64,000 nucleotides of DNA, from assembly GCA_965203515.1 (NCBI GenBank), contig OZ241907.1, positions 2,880,001 through 2,944,000 on the forward strand, written 5' to 3'. The position numbers and the translations under genes are program-made. The notes beneath the pieces were generated by a model, which worked only from the letters and a program-made list of their open reading frames with translations, searched no databases and was not told where the DNA came from. Of the stretch, positions 1-9,692 are shown piece by piece (the first letter of the stretch is position 1; each line of letters begins with the position of its first letter). This stretch comes from Spirochaetia bacterium. Lineage in GTDB: Bacteria > Spirochaetota > Spirochaetia > SZUA-6 > Bin103.

Positions 1-168
1 TCGTCGCTCGACGCCGCGGCCCGGACCGGCGTGCTCGAGCTCCTGGAGCGCCTGCGCGAACGGCTGGGATTGACGATCCTGATGGCCAGCCACGACGCGG
101 AGGCGCGCGCGCGCGTTCCCTGGCCGGTGCGCGACCTGCGCGACGGGCGCGTGCACGCCGGCGCTTGA
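1..168 (+). CDS. ABC transporter ATP-binding protein, C-terminal part (metal transporter; cut by window edge)
   Basis: Frame 1 reads SSLDAAARTGVLELLERLRERLGLTILMASHD (D-loop and H-loop of ABC ATPases); stop overlaps the next start (TTGA). Confidence 0.8.
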   Translation, partial: SSLDAAARTGVLELLERLRERLGLTILMASHDAEARARVPWPVRDLRDGRVHAGA

Positions 169-977
169 ACCCCTTCGAGGCCCTCGGCATAGCGCCGATC
201 GCGCGCGGGCTGGCAGCGGTGTTGATCGCCGGCGCGTCGCTGCCGCTGGCCGGCGTGCTGGTACTGCGCCTGGAGCTGGTCACCCTGCGGTTCACCCTGA
301 TGCACGGAGCGCTGCTGGGGGCGGCCATTGCGCTCGCCGTCGGGGTCGATCCGCTGCTGCTCGGCCTGGCGGTCGATCTGCTGCTGGTGATGACGCTGGC
401 GCCGATCGCGCGGCGAACCGGGCTGCGGCTTGGTTACGTGTCGGCGTTCCTGATGGTGATCACGATCGGCGCCGCGGCGGCGGTGATCTATCGCGCCGGG
501 GTGCCGGCGCCGGCGGTGTTCGCGGTGCTGTGGGGCGACCTGTTCGCGCTCAGCCGCGCCGACCTGATCGCCATCGCCGGGTTTGGGGCGGCGCTGGCGG
601 CGTTCGTGGCGGTCGCCCACCGCCGCATCGCGGCGCTGCTGTTCGACCAGGAGGTGGCGGCCTCCAGCGGCGTCGCGGTCGCGCGGCTGCGGGCGGCGGT
701 GTTGCTCGCCGTGGGCTGCGCGGTGGCGTTCGCGATGAAGCTGATCGGCGCGCTGCTGCTCGACGCCATCCTGCTGCTGCCGGCGATCCCGGCGGCAGCC
801 CTGGCGCGCAGCGTGCGCGGGTTGTTCCTGCTGGCCGCGGCGGCCGGCGTGGCGGTGGCGGCCGTCGGTTTCGCGGTCGCGCTGCTGATCGACCTGCCGG
901 CCAGCGCCGGGGTGACGCTGGCGGCCGCCCTGCTGCTGCCGGTGGTGATCGTCGCCCGGCGGCGGAGCCGCTCGTGA
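165..977 (+). CDS. Metal (Zn/Mn/Co-type) ABC transporter permease, ZnuB/ABC-3 family
   Basis: Very hydrophobic 270 aa with HGALLG, LWGDLF and MKLIGALLLDAILLLPA motifs; lies between ATPase and binding protein. Confidence 0.85.
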   Translation: MNPFEALGIAPIARGLAAVLIAGASLPLAGVLVLRLELVTLRFTLMHGALLGAAIALAVGVDPLLLGLAVDLLLVMTLAPIARRTGLRLGYVSAFLMVITIGAAAAVIYRAGVPAPAVFAVLWGDLFALSRADLIAIAGFGAALAAFVAVAHRRIAALLFDQEVAASSGVAVARLRAAVLLAVGCAVAFAMKLIGALLLDAILLLPAIPAAALARSVRGLFLLAAAAGVAVAAVGFAVALLIDLPASAGVTLAAALLLPVVIVARRRSRS

Positions 978-1056
978 GCGGACCCGCCGCCGGCAGCCGC
1001 GGCCATGCCTCCCCCCGCGCCGTGACTTCTGCTATCGTGCGGGCGCGGCGGCGAGC

Positions 1057-1698
1057 ATGACCCGATCGGATCGAACCCCCGGCAGCGAGCAGCGGCCCCC
1101 GAACGCACGGAACCGCCGCATGATCGGCGCCATTGTCGGGGCGATAGCCTTTCTGGCGATTCTCCTGGTGGTACTGGCGCTCATCTTCCGATCGGACGAT
1201 GCCCGCGACGTCGGACAGACGCCGAGCAGCCAAGACGCCGCAGCGACCGGTGGCGACGTAGCGACCGATGGCGGCGCCGTAGCGAATGGCGAGGAAGCCG
1301 CGCCAAGCGATGAGGAAGCCGTAGCCAGCAGCGAGGATGACGCAGCCGGCAGCGAGGATGGCGCCTCGGAAGAAGCCCCGACGCCCGGCGTCACCGAGGA
1401 GTTGGCGTGGTACGAGGGCGGCACGCTGCGGACCGGGAACGGCGACGATTGGAAGAACGCCACCGCCCGGGACCGCCTGGCCACGGCGGCGGCCCTGGCT
1501 GCCGAGGCGCTCGGCGACACGAGGTCCGAACCGGTTCATCCGGAAGAGATGTCCGAGGAAGAGCTGAGCGCCTTCCGCGTGGAGGCGGAGGCGCTCGCCG
1601 CCTGCATCGACGAGGCCGCGCAGACGGACGGCTCCGCATCGGTGGCGCGCATGGCGACCACCTGTTGGACGCAAGCGCACCCCGCTCCCGAGAAATGA
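1057..1698 (+). CDS. Hypothetical membrane-anchored protein with acidic repeat linker
   Basis: One N-terminal TM helix, acidic 7-aa repeats, globular C-terminus (WYEGGTL...W...RLATAA). Confidence 0.7.
   Translation: MTRSDRTPGSEQRPPNARNRRMIGAIVGAIAFLAILLVVLALIFRSDDARDVGQTPSSQDAAATGGDVATDGGAVANGEEAAPSDEEAVASSEDDAAGSEDGASEEAPTPGVTEELAWYEGGTLRTGNGDDWKNATARDRLATAAALAAEALGDTRSEPVHPEEMSEEELSAFRVEAEALAACIDEAAQTDGSASVARMATTCWTQAHPAPEK
1237..1362 (+). repeat. Degenerate 21-nt tandem coding repeat (about 6 units)
   Basis: Units such as gtagcgaccgatggcggcgcc / gtagcgaatggcgaggaagcc / gcgccaagcgatgaggaagcc / gtagccagcagcgaggatgac. Confidence 0.65.
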
Positions 1699-1711
1699 TC
1701 GGTCGCCCTGA

Positions 1712-2509
1712 TTGAACGGCACGGCGTCGACCACCGGCGCGACGCCGGTGGCTGACCGGCGCCTGTTGCGCTGCCTGTCGGTCGCCGCGTTCTGCATCAT
1801 CGGCGCCGCGGCGGCCGGCGCCGACGGCGCTGCGGTCGTGGCCTCCACGGAGTGGACCGCCGCCTTCGCGCGCGCGGCCGGCATCGGCGAGGTCGGCGTG
1901 CTGGCGCCGGCGGCATCGCGCCACCCCGCCGAGTATCAATTGCGGCCGTCCGACCTGCGCGCCGTCGCCGGCGCGTCGGCGCTGATCTTCGCCGGCTACG
2001 AAGCGATGGCCGCCCGCCTGCAGGAGTTGGCCCCGCCCGATGCGGCCGTGGTGCGCATCGACACCGACTACTCGCTGGCGACGCTCCGCCGTTCCCTGGC
2101 GGCGCTGCAGACGGCCGGCGGCACCCCGGCCGCCGCGGCCGGCAGCCTGCGGGCGATCGCCGAGGAGTACGCCGCCTGGCGCGCCGAGTTGGCGGCGCGC
2201 GGCTTGGCCGGGGCGCCGGCGCTGGTCCACCGCTTCCAGGAGCCGCTGGCGCGCGAGCTAGGCTTCGACGTGGCCGGGGTCTTCGGCCCGCTCCCGCCGC
2301 AGGCGGGCGCGATCGCCGCCCTGGCGGAGCCGCCGGTGGCGCTGATCATCGACAACCACCACAACGCGGTCGCCGCGCCGCTCGCCGAGCTCCACGCGCC
2401 GGCGCCGGTCGTCGCGTTCCTCAACTTCCCCGGCGCGGCCGGCACCGAGACCCTGCTCGACGTGGTACGCCACAACCGCCGGCTGCTGACCGCGGCCCTG
2501 GACGGCTGA
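1712..2509 (+). CDS. Metal ABC transporter substrate-binding protein (TroA/ZnuA-like)
   Basis: Signal peptide, VVAST and HPAEYQLRPSDL motifs, AGYE, VHRFQ; operon context; start uncertain. Confidence 0.75.
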   Translation: MNGTASTTGATPVADRRLLRCLSVAAFCIIGAAAAGADGAAVVASTEWTAAFARAAGIGEVGVLAPAASRHPAEYQLRPSDLRAVAGASALIFAGYEAMAARLQELAPPDAAVVRIDTDYSLATLRRSLAALQTAGGTPAAAAGSLRAIAEEYAAWRAELAARGLAGAPALVHRFQEPLARELGFDVAGVFGPLPPQAGAIAALAEPPVALIIDNHHNAVAAPLAELHAPAPVVAFLNFPGAAGTETLLDVVRHNRRLLTAALDG

Positions 2510-2544
2510 CTTCGGAACCCACCATAGTACCGTGGTGGGTTGAA

Positions 2545-2952
2545 ATGCGCAGCGCAAGATTTCGACGAGCTGCATTCATCCTGCCGGTGGCGGCAGGGGT
2601 GACGTTCGTAGCATGTCTTACGGTGCCGCCAACCGTCGAGCTGTTCATCGTCGGATTCTTCTATTTCTCTTACATGCTGTCATTGTTGCTCGCGTTCTTG
2701 CTGCTCAGGTCATATAAGTTGACCCGGGACCGCAGGAAGCTCACCGCAGGTGTATCGAGCGTGTTTCTGAGCGTCCCGGGCTTTGTAGCGTTCTATGTCG
2801 CATCCAACGAATACTTTCCAAGACCACTCGACCCGACCGTCATCAAGGATGTTCTCGTTGGCGTGGGATTGGCCGGCGGGGCATGGGTACTGTTCGCTGC
2901 GTTTGCCCTCGAACCTCTACTGGTCAGTCGTGCCGAGGCGAGCAGTAGGTGA
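2545..2952 (+). CDS. Hypothetical 4-TM membrane protein
   Basis: ATG at 2545 (MRSARFRRAAFILPVAAG...), four hydrophobic segments, lower GC. Confidence 0.6.
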   Translation: MRSARFRRAAFILPVAAGVTFVACLTVPPTVELFIVGFFYFSYMLSLLLAFLLLRSYKLTRDRRKLTAGVSSVFLSVPGFVAFYVASNEYFPRPLDPTVIKDVLVGVGLAGGAWVLFAAFALEPLLVSRAEASSR

Positions 2953-4584
2953 TGAAGGCGAATCGACGATCCGGGCGATGGCGTCGCGCATCCAGCGGGT
3001 AGCGGCCAGATCGGCAGGCCGCAGATCGAAGCCGGCAAGGTAGCCGTTTGGCCGGTGAGACTTCATGTTCAGGAACCGGTAGAACTCCTCGAAGTCATCG
3101 GCGGCCGTCGCTGTCGCAATCTCCTCGACGGCCCGCGCCTTCAGCTCCCTGGAGAACGTCTTGATGATCTCATAGCTGTTGCGAGTCTTCTCCAGGCTGA
3201 CCAGCAGGCGGTCCCGCACCGTGCGCATGGTCACGGCGAGCGCGCTCAGATAGCGCGCCCGGTCGTAACCGGCCGGAGAGAGCTCCGCTATGTTGTCAGG
3301 ATGATAGAGATAGTTCTCGATACAATAATAGCGCAGCACCAGCAAACGCGGACGGACGCGGCGTATCTCGTCGAGCTCCTCGGTGCCCAGAAAGTCGCGG
3401 TCGATCAGGCCGTGAAACTCGTCCGATCCTTTCGTCTGGATAGAGATCGAATTCTTGTCCTGCGCTAATATGAACAGTGTGTCCTGCAGGCCGATCGCAT
3501 TGTAGAGCAGGGCGTCCTTATTCTCGCACAGGATCAGCCGCTTGTTTGGAAACACCTTGAGCGCCGAGCTGCGCGGTACGGCGATATCGAATACGTGCTC
3601 GGTCTTGGGGGTCGGCCGCAGCACCTGCGGCCGATCGAAGTCCAGATCGTCGAAGTCGATGATCGCGGTGTCGTCGCTGGAGCTTCCGTAGTCGATGAAG
3701 CCGAGCGAGTGGCTGGCCGTCCACAGTTGCGAGTGCTCGGGAATCCAGCGCTCCACGATCTCCTGCAGCAGAGCGTACTGCAGCCGGGTATGCAGGTGCA
3801 CGTCCAGCTCGTCGATGAAGTAGATGGCATTGGCGAAGTGCTCGCGCCGGACGAACAGGTTGAGCAGGATGTTGAAGACCTCCTTCTCGCCGCTGCTGAG
3901 CAGGTCGTAGTGGACCTCGGAATGCCCTTTGCTGAATCGAATGTCCGGCGGCTTGCCCTCCAGCGCCGGAATCATTGCGATCAGGCGCAGGGTGGTGGCG
4001 TCACCATTGCCGAATACCCTGGCCATCGCGTCGTTGATCGGATCGAGGAAGCGCGCCTTCATCTGCTCGGAGTCGAATCGCTCTCCCCACACCTCGCGCA
4101 GGATGCGCGCGGTGACGTGCGAGATGTCGGCCTCGAAGCGCGTGTCCCGTTCTATCGACCGCTGCGGGCGGTCGGCGTCCGCCGGCAGGTCGGCGGCGCC
4201 GCCATCTCGGTGCCGGAGCTCCGGAATCGTTCGGAGCGAACTCCTGCCATAGAACGCCTCCCTGAGATCCACGTCGGGGCGTGCGGGGTCGATCGCTCCG
4301 TTCGTCCGGCGGAAGGAATTTCCGCCACCGAACGAACAGGAGACCGATGCATGATCGCCCCGATCCTTCTTGAAATAGATCAAGTATTCGTCGCTCTGGA
4401 AGTCGACCCGGACGCCCTTGTACGGACCGGCAAGATACTCGAACGCATCGAATACGGATGACTTTCCGCTGCCGTTCGCACCGATCAGCAGCACCAGCTT
4501 TGGCGGAGACGAGCACGCCGACAGATCGATCTCCAGTTCGGTAAACCGCTTGAAGTTCCTGAGCTGGAGTCTGGTGACGTTCAT
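2917..4584 (-). CDS. ABC-type AAA ATPase (AAA_15/AAA_21) fused to a C-terminal TOPRIM/DUF4435-like domain; putative defence protein
   Basis: Walker A GANGSGKS, signature LSSGE, Walker B FIDELDVHLH, H-loop ASHS; C-terminal ILCENKD, IDRDF, YCIENYL. Confidence 0.8.
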   Translation of the reverse strand: MNVTRLQLRNFKRFTELEIDLSACSSPPKLVLLIGANGSGKSSVFDAFEYLAGPYKGVRVDFQSDEYLIYFKKDRGDHASVSCSFGGGNSFRRTNGAIDPARPDVDLREAFYGRSSLRTIPELRHRDGGAADLPADADRPQRSIERDTRFEADISHVTARILREVWGERFDSEQMKARFLDPINDAMARVFGNGDATTLRLIAMIPALEGKPPDIRFSKGHSEVHYDLLSSGEKEVFNILLNLFVRREHFANAIYFIDELDVHLHTRLQYALLQEIVERWIPEHSQLWTASHSLGFIDYGSSSDDTAIIDFDDLDFDRPQVLRPTPKTEHVFDIAVPRSSALKVFPNKRLILCENKDALLYNAIGLQDTLFILAQDKNSISIQTKGSDEFHGLIDRDFLGTEELDEIRRVRPRLLVLRYYCIENYLYHPDNIAELSPAGYDRARYLSALAVTMRTVRDRLLVSLEKTRNSYEIIKTFSRELKARAVEEIATATAADDFEEFYRFLNMKSHRPNGYLAGFDLRPADLAATRWMRDAIARIVDSPSSPTARLGTTDQ

Positions 4585-4596
4585 CGACCGCGTTCC

Positions 4597-6027
4597 TTAC
4601 GCCCGCTCGGTGAGCTGGAAGGCGTACAGGTCGGCCTCGCTCAGGTAGAACTTCAGGCGGATCGCGCGGCCGCGCAGCCGGGCCAGGCCGGCGCCATTCC
4701 ACCGCACCGCGTGCGCGAGCGCGTCGCCGGCGAACGCCGCGCACTCCCGCCGGCCGAACCCGTCGATCACCGCGCCGCTCTCGGTGAGCACCTCGACCTG
4801 CAGCCGGCCGTTCGCCGCGCATGCGTTGATCTCCAGGTCGTCCCCCGCGCACGGAAACGCCCGGGTCACCAGCGCCCCCTCGGTCGGCCGCACCGGCCGG
4901 CGCGCGATGAACCGATCTCGTTTGAGCGTAGCCAGACCCACGGCGCTTTCCTGCGCTCCGGTATCGTTGTGCAGGACGTTGTGGCCGGTGTAGTAGAACC
5001 ACAGCTCGTCGCCGACGCGCACCGGCGGCAGCGGGAACACCATGCCGCAGTCGAACTCCCGCGCCTGACCGTGCTCGATGCCGCGCTCGATGAAGGACGG
5101 CCGCGCCGGCAGCCGATCCCATCGCTTCCCGTCCCGGCTGAAGGCGAGTTGCGCGTCGATGGTCATGGACGTGTCCGAGTAGTACATCTGCAGCAGCCCG
5201 AAATAGAGCCCCTCGTACGGGAAGACCGGCATGCCGTAGACCTCGACCGGGTCGAGCTCGTCCGGGGTGACCACGGTCTCCGGGAAGCTCCAGCGGAGCA
5301 GGTCGGGGCTCTCCGCGCGCGCGACCCGCCGCTTCCAGCGCCCCGCGTAGACCGGCGGCCGCAGGTACAGCACGTACCGCCGCAGCCGTTCGTCCCAGAA
5401 CACGGTGTTCATGGTGTCGGACTCGCCCTCGATGACCGGGTTGCCGGCGTGCGGGGTCCAGCGGACGCCGTCCGGCGACCAGGCGATGCAGACGCCGGGA
5501 CGCAGGGCGCCCGCCCTGGCCTGCGCCACGAGCCGTTCCGGCGCCTCGACCCCGAAGATGTCGGTATAGAGCAGCTTGTAGCGCCGCGCCGGATCGGGCT
5601 CGCGGTCCTCCTTCAGCACGGTGCCGCAGGTCGCCCACCACTCGCCGGTCAACACGACGTTGTTGGCGGTCGAACCCTCGAACTCGAACAGCCCGACGTC
5701 GGGCTTCTCCCACACCAGGCCGTCGCGTGAGGTGGCGTAGCCGATCCAGTAGGTGTAGGTGTTGTCCTCCGGGCCGTTCCAGTGGACGAAGTGCGATGAG
5801 TTGTACCAGAGCTTGAACAGTCCCTCGTCGGCGTCGTACAGCACCGAGTTGCCGTGCAGGCCCTTGTTGCGCTGCCCCGGTCGGTCGCTGTGCTCCCACG
5901 GCCGGTCGGCGACCAGCACCGGGTTGGCGTGGTGCTTGGCCGGCCTGGCGACGCGCCGCTCGAGGTTCCAGGTATCTTCGACGACGTAGTCGTCGACCAG
6001 CAGTTGCTTGCGCGTGCCGATATTCAT
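4597..6027 (-). CDS. Five-bladed beta-propeller glycoside-hydrolase-like protein (GH32/43/130 clan-like)
   Basis: Repeated Asp-box-like motifs (YATSRDGLVW, WSPDGVRW, FSRDGKRW), NPVL, LWFYYTG. Confidence 0.7.
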   Translation of the reverse strand: MNIGTRKQLLVDDYVVEDTWNLERRVARPAKHHANPVLVADRPWEHSDRPGQRNKGLHGNSVLYDADEGLFKLWYNSSHFVHWNGPEDNTYTYWIGYATSRDGLVWEKPDVGLFEFEGSTANNVVLTGEWWATCGTVLKEDREPDPARRYKLLYTDIFGVEAPERLVAQARAGALRPGVCIAWSPDGVRWTPHAGNPVIEGESDTMNTVFWDERLRRYVLYLRPPVYAGRWKRRVARAESPDLLRWSFPETVVTPDELDPVEVYGMPVFPYEGLYFGLLQMYYSDTSMTIDAQLAFSRDGKRWDRLPARPSFIERGIEHGQAREFDCGMVFPLPPVRVGDELWFYYTGHNVLHNDTGAQESAVGLATLKRDRFIARRPVRPTEGALVTRAFPCAGDDLEINACAANGRLQVEVLTESGAVIDGFGRRECAAFAGDALAHAVRWNGAGLARLRGRAIRLKFYLSEADLYAFQLTERA

Positions 6028-6090
6028 GGGCCGGTCCCTCCGGCGGGCATCGCCGCCTGCGCGTGGTCGAGCTGCATGGCGTCCATCATC

Positions 6091-7431
6091 TCACACCGGC
6101 GAGCGGGCCATGGCGCCGGTGACGCGCGCGCCGGGCGGCGGGTCGATCCTGCCGCCGGCGAGCAGCGGGTCGCCGGTGGCCGCCATCCAGCGATCGAGCC
6201 GGCCGCGCAGATCGGCGGCGACCGGCGCCACGTCGGGACGAGCGGCGACGTCGTTCTGTTCCGTGGGGTCGAAGGCGAGGTCGTACAGCAGCTCGCGCTC
6301 GCGCGGCAGGAACTCCCAGCCGCAGGAGAGCAGCTCCGTCTTGCTCGGGCCGTCGTCGGCGTTGCTCAGCACCACCCGCTCATACCGGTCGTAGCGGCGG
6401 ATGTACTTGTAGCGCTCGGTTCGTACGCAGCGCGCCGGCTCGTAGGCCGCGTGATAGTTGATCTCGGCGTGGATCTCCTCGTGCAACGCGCCGACCGCGC
6501 CGCGCGCCAGCGGCTGCAGCGGCATGCCTTGGACGAAGTCCGGGACGTCGATCCCGGCGGCCGCGTACGCCGTCGGCGCCAGGTCGATCAGGCTGACCAT
6601 GGCGTCGATGACCCTGCCTCCCTCGAATCCGCCGGGGCCGCGGGCGACGAGGAAGACGCCGATGCCCTGGTCGGTGAGGTTGCACATGTTGCGCGGGAAC
6701 TGCAGTCCGTGGTCGGAGAAGCAGAGCACCAGCGTGTCGTCGGCCAGTCCGGCATCGTCCAGGGCGCGCAGCACGCGGCCGAACGCATCGTCCATCACGC
6801 GCGCCGCCGCCTTGAAGTCCGCCGTGTCGCGGCGCGTGCGCGGCGTGTCCGGCAGCGGCGCCGGCGGCTGGCAAAAGCGCGGGTCTTCGCCCGGATGGCT
6901 GGCCGGGTCCGCCTGCGGAAACGGCCGATGGGTTTCGTTCAGCCCGACCGACAGGAAGAACGGCCGGTCGTGTCGGCCGCGGATGAACGCGGCCGCCGCC
7001 TCGGCGGCGTCGGCCGCGCCGGTGCCGGCCGGCCCGGGGCCGGCCGGCTCGGTGCCCGGATAATTGGCGTCGTGATCGCAGACGATCCGGTCGTAGCCGA
7101 CCGCGGCGATGTCGGGGGCGGTGTGCTCGACGCCGGACAGCACGGTCCGGTAGCCGGCCCGCTTCATCCGGTGGACGACGTGGCGCGAGTAGTCGGGCAT
7201 GCCGAACCCGCGATGCGCCAGGCCCATCTGACCGCACGAATGGGGATACATGCCGGTGAGAAAGCTCGCCCGGCTCGGCGAACAGGTCGGCGCGGCGGCG
7301 AACGCCTGACGAAACAGCACCCCCTGTTCGGCCAGACGCTGCAGGTGCGGCGCCGGCACCGCGTGCCCGTACGGCTGCACGAAGCGGCCGGTGTTGTGCG
7401 AGTGCAGGAAGACGACGTTGGTCCGGTTCAT
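6091..7431 (-). CDS. Sulfatase (formylglycine-dependent)
   Basis: PTCSPSRASFLTG signature (CxPxR), FSDHG, ELLYDLAFDPTE. Confidence 0.92.
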   Translation of the reverse strand: MNRTNVVFLHSHNTGRFVQPYGHAVPAPHLQRLAEQGVLFRQAFAAAPTCSPSRASFLTGMYPHSCGQMGLAHRGFGMPDYSRHVVHRMKRAGYRTVLSGVEHTAPDIAAVGYDRIVCDHDANYPGTEPAGPGPAGTGAADAAEAAAAFIRGRHDRPFFLSVGLNETHRPFPQADPASHPGEDPRFCQPPAPLPDTPRTRRDTADFKAAARVMDDAFGRVLRALDDAGLADDTLVLCFSDHGLQFPRNMCNLTDQGIGVFLVARGPGGFEGGRVIDAMVSLIDLAPTAYAAAGIDVPDFVQGMPLQPLARGAVGALHEEIHAEINYHAAYEPARCVRTERYKYIRRYDRYERVVLSNADDGPSKTELLSCGWEFLPRERELLYDLAFDPTEQNDVAARPDVAPVAADLRGRLDRWMAATGDPLLAGGRIDPPPGARVTGAMARSPV

Positions 7432-7554
7432 GGTTCCGCGTTCCGGGGCTTGCCCCGCGTTCCGGGCTTACCCGCGTTCGAGCGGACGAATGGTACGATG
7501 GCGGCTGCGTGTGAGACAGCGGCTTCGATCTGACGGCGCCGGCGGCGGTATCGG

Positions 7555-8541
7555 GTGATCCGCGCCGTCCTGCGCCGGCTGCGGCTGATGGCGATCACCC
7601 TGGCCGCCATCTCCGTCCTCTCCTTTCTGATCATCCAGGCGCCGCCGGGCAACTACCTCGACATGCACGTCGCCCAGTTGCGGCAGCGGGGAGACGCCGT
7701 GGACGACGCCCGGATCGAAGCGCTGCAGGCGCGCTACGGACTCGACCGGCCGCTCCACGTCCAGTACGCCAAGTGGATGTGGGGCGTCCTGCAGGGCGAC
7801 CTGGGGCGCTCGATGGCGCACGACGTGGAGGTCAACCGGCTGCTGGCGCAGCGGCTGCCGGCCAGTCTGGCGATCTCCACCACGTCGCTGATCCTGGTCT
7901 ACCTGCTCGGGCTGCCGATCGGCATCTATTCGGCGACCCGCCAATACTCGGTCGGCGACTACCTGTTCACCTTCATCGGCTTCCTGGGGCTGGCGATCCC
8001 GAACTTCCTGTTCGCGCTGATCCTGCTGTGGCTGACGTTCAACGTCACCGGCAACGCGGCGATCGGGCTCTTCTCTACCGAGTACGCCAACGCGCCGTGG
8101 AGCCTGGCCAAGTTCCTGGACCTGCTGGCGCACCTCTGGATGCCGGCCCTGATCGTGGGCACCGCCGGCACCGCCGGGTTGATCCGGGTGGTGCGCGCCA
8201 GCCTGCTCGACGAGCTGCGCAAGCTGTACGTCACCGTGGCCCGCGCCAAGGGCGTGGCCGAGCGGCGGCTGTTGTACCGGTACCCGGTGCGGATCGCCCT
8301 CAACCCCGTGATCAGCACGATCGGCTGGACCCTGCCCGCGCTGGTGTCGGGCGAGCTGCTGGTGTCGCTGGTGATGGGCCTGCCGACGGTGGCGCCCCTG
8401 TTCGTGGGCGCCCTGCTGGCGCAGGACATGTTCCTGGCCGGCAGCGTGGTGATGGTGCTGAGCAGCCTCACCGTGATCGGCACCCTGATCTCCGACATCC
8501 TGCTGATCGCCATCGACCCGCGCATCCGGGAGGCGGTCTGA
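7555..8541 (+). CDS. Peptide/nickel-type ABC transporter permease (DppB/OppB-like)
   Basis: YGLDRPLHVQY, GDLGRS, ARAKG EAA loop, IDPRIR terminus. Confidence 0.92.
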   Translation: MIRAVLRRLRLMAITLAAISVLSFLIIQAPPGNYLDMHVAQLRQRGDAVDDARIEALQARYGLDRPLHVQYAKWMWGVLQGDLGRSMAHDVEVNRLLAQRLPASLAISTTSLILVYLLGLPIGIYSATRQYSVGDYLFTFIGFLGLAIPNFLFALILLWLTFNVTGNAAIGLFSTEYANAPWSLAKFLDLLAHLWMPALIVGTAGTAGLIRVVRASLLDELRKLYVTVARAKGVAERRLLYRYPVRIALNPVISTIGWTLPALVSGELLVSLVMGLPTVAPLFVGALLAQDMFLAGSVVMVLSSLTVIGTLISDILLIAIDPRIREAV

Positions 8542-8543
8542 AA

Positions 8544-9692
8544 GTGGCGGAAGGCGGCAGTGCGGTCGGCGGCAGGGCCGGCGCCACCGTCGGTGCCCGG
8601 GCCGGCCGCGCCGAGCGCGAGCAGGTCTCCTCGCAATGGCGCCTGATCCGCATCCGCTTCTTCCGCCACCGGATGGCGGTCGCCGCGTCGGTCGTGCTGG
8701 CCGTCCTCTACTTCGGCGCGGCGTTCGCGGAGTTCGTGGCGCCGTACGACCCCCGGCGCCGCAGCGCCGAGCAGCAGTACGCCCCGCCGCAGCGCATCCG
8801 CCTGTTCCATGACGGCCGACCGACCGCGCCGTTCGTGTATCCGCTGATCTCGGAGCTCGATCAGGAGACCTTCCGCTACACCTACCGGGTCGACCGCGAC
8901 TCCCCGCAACGCCTGGCCCTGTTCGTGCGCGGCGACCCCTACGAGCTGTGGGGCCTGCTTCCGTCCGACCTGCACCTGTTCGGCGTGCGCGGCGGCCGCG
9001 CGTACCTGTTCGGCACCGACAACCTGGGCCGCGATCTGCTGTCGCGGGTGATCTACGGCGGGCGCATCTCCCTGTCGATCGGCCTGGTCGGCATCGCCAT
9101 CAGCTTCCTGCTCGGCGTCGTCCTGGGCGGGCTGTCCGGGTACTTCGGCGGCGCGGTCGATACGGCCATCCAGCGGATCGTGGAGTTTTTGCGCTCGATC
9201 CCGACCCTGCCGCTCTGGATGGCGCTCAGCGTCGCACTGCCCCGGTTCTGGACGGTCGAGCAGATCTACTTCGGCATCGTCGTCATCCTGTCGCTGGTCG
9301 GCTGGACGGACATAGCCCGCGTGGTGCGCGGCAAGTTCATGGCGGTGCGCGAGGAGGAGTTCATCACCGCCGCGGTGGTGAGCGGCGCCGGCACGCAACG
9401 CATCCTGTTCCGGCACCTGCTGCCGTCGTTCGGCAGCTACCTGATCGCATCGCTCACCCTGTCGATCCCGGGGATGATCCTGGGAGAGACCGCCCTGAGC
9501 TTCATCGGCCTGGGGCTGCAGCCGCCGGCGATCAGCTGGGGCGTGCTGCTGCAGGAGTCGCAGCGCGTCCACGTGCTGGCCGGCGCGCCGTGGCTGCTGA
9601 TCCCCGGCGCGTTCGTGGCGGTCGCCGTGCTGGCGTTCAACTTCGTGGGCGACGGCCTGCGCGACGCGGCCGACCCGTACACCGCTACGTAA
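8544..9692 (+). CDS. Peptide/nickel-type ABC transporter permease (DppC/OppC-like)
   Basis: GTG start 2 nt after upstream stop; FGTDNLGRDLLSR, ETALSFIGLG, GDGLRDAADP. Confidence 0.92.
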   Translation: MAEGGSAVGGRAGATVGARAGRAEREQVSSQWRLIRIRFFRHRMAVAASVVLAVLYFGAAFAEFVAPYDPRRRSAEQQYAPPQRIRLFHDGRPTAPFVYPLISELDQETFRYTYRVDRDSPQRLALFVRGDPYELWGLLPSDLHLFGVRGGRAYLFGTDNLGRDLLSRVIYGGRISLSIGLVGIAISFLLGVVLGGLSGYFGGAVDTAIQRIVEFLRSIPTLPLWMALSVALPRFWTVEQIYFGIVVILSLVGWTDIARVVRGKFMAVREEEFITAAVVSGAGTQRILFRHLLPSFGSYLIASLTLSIPGMILGETALSFIGLGLQPPAISWGVLLQESQRVHVLAGAPWLLIPGAFVAVAVLAFNFVGDGLRDAADPYTAT

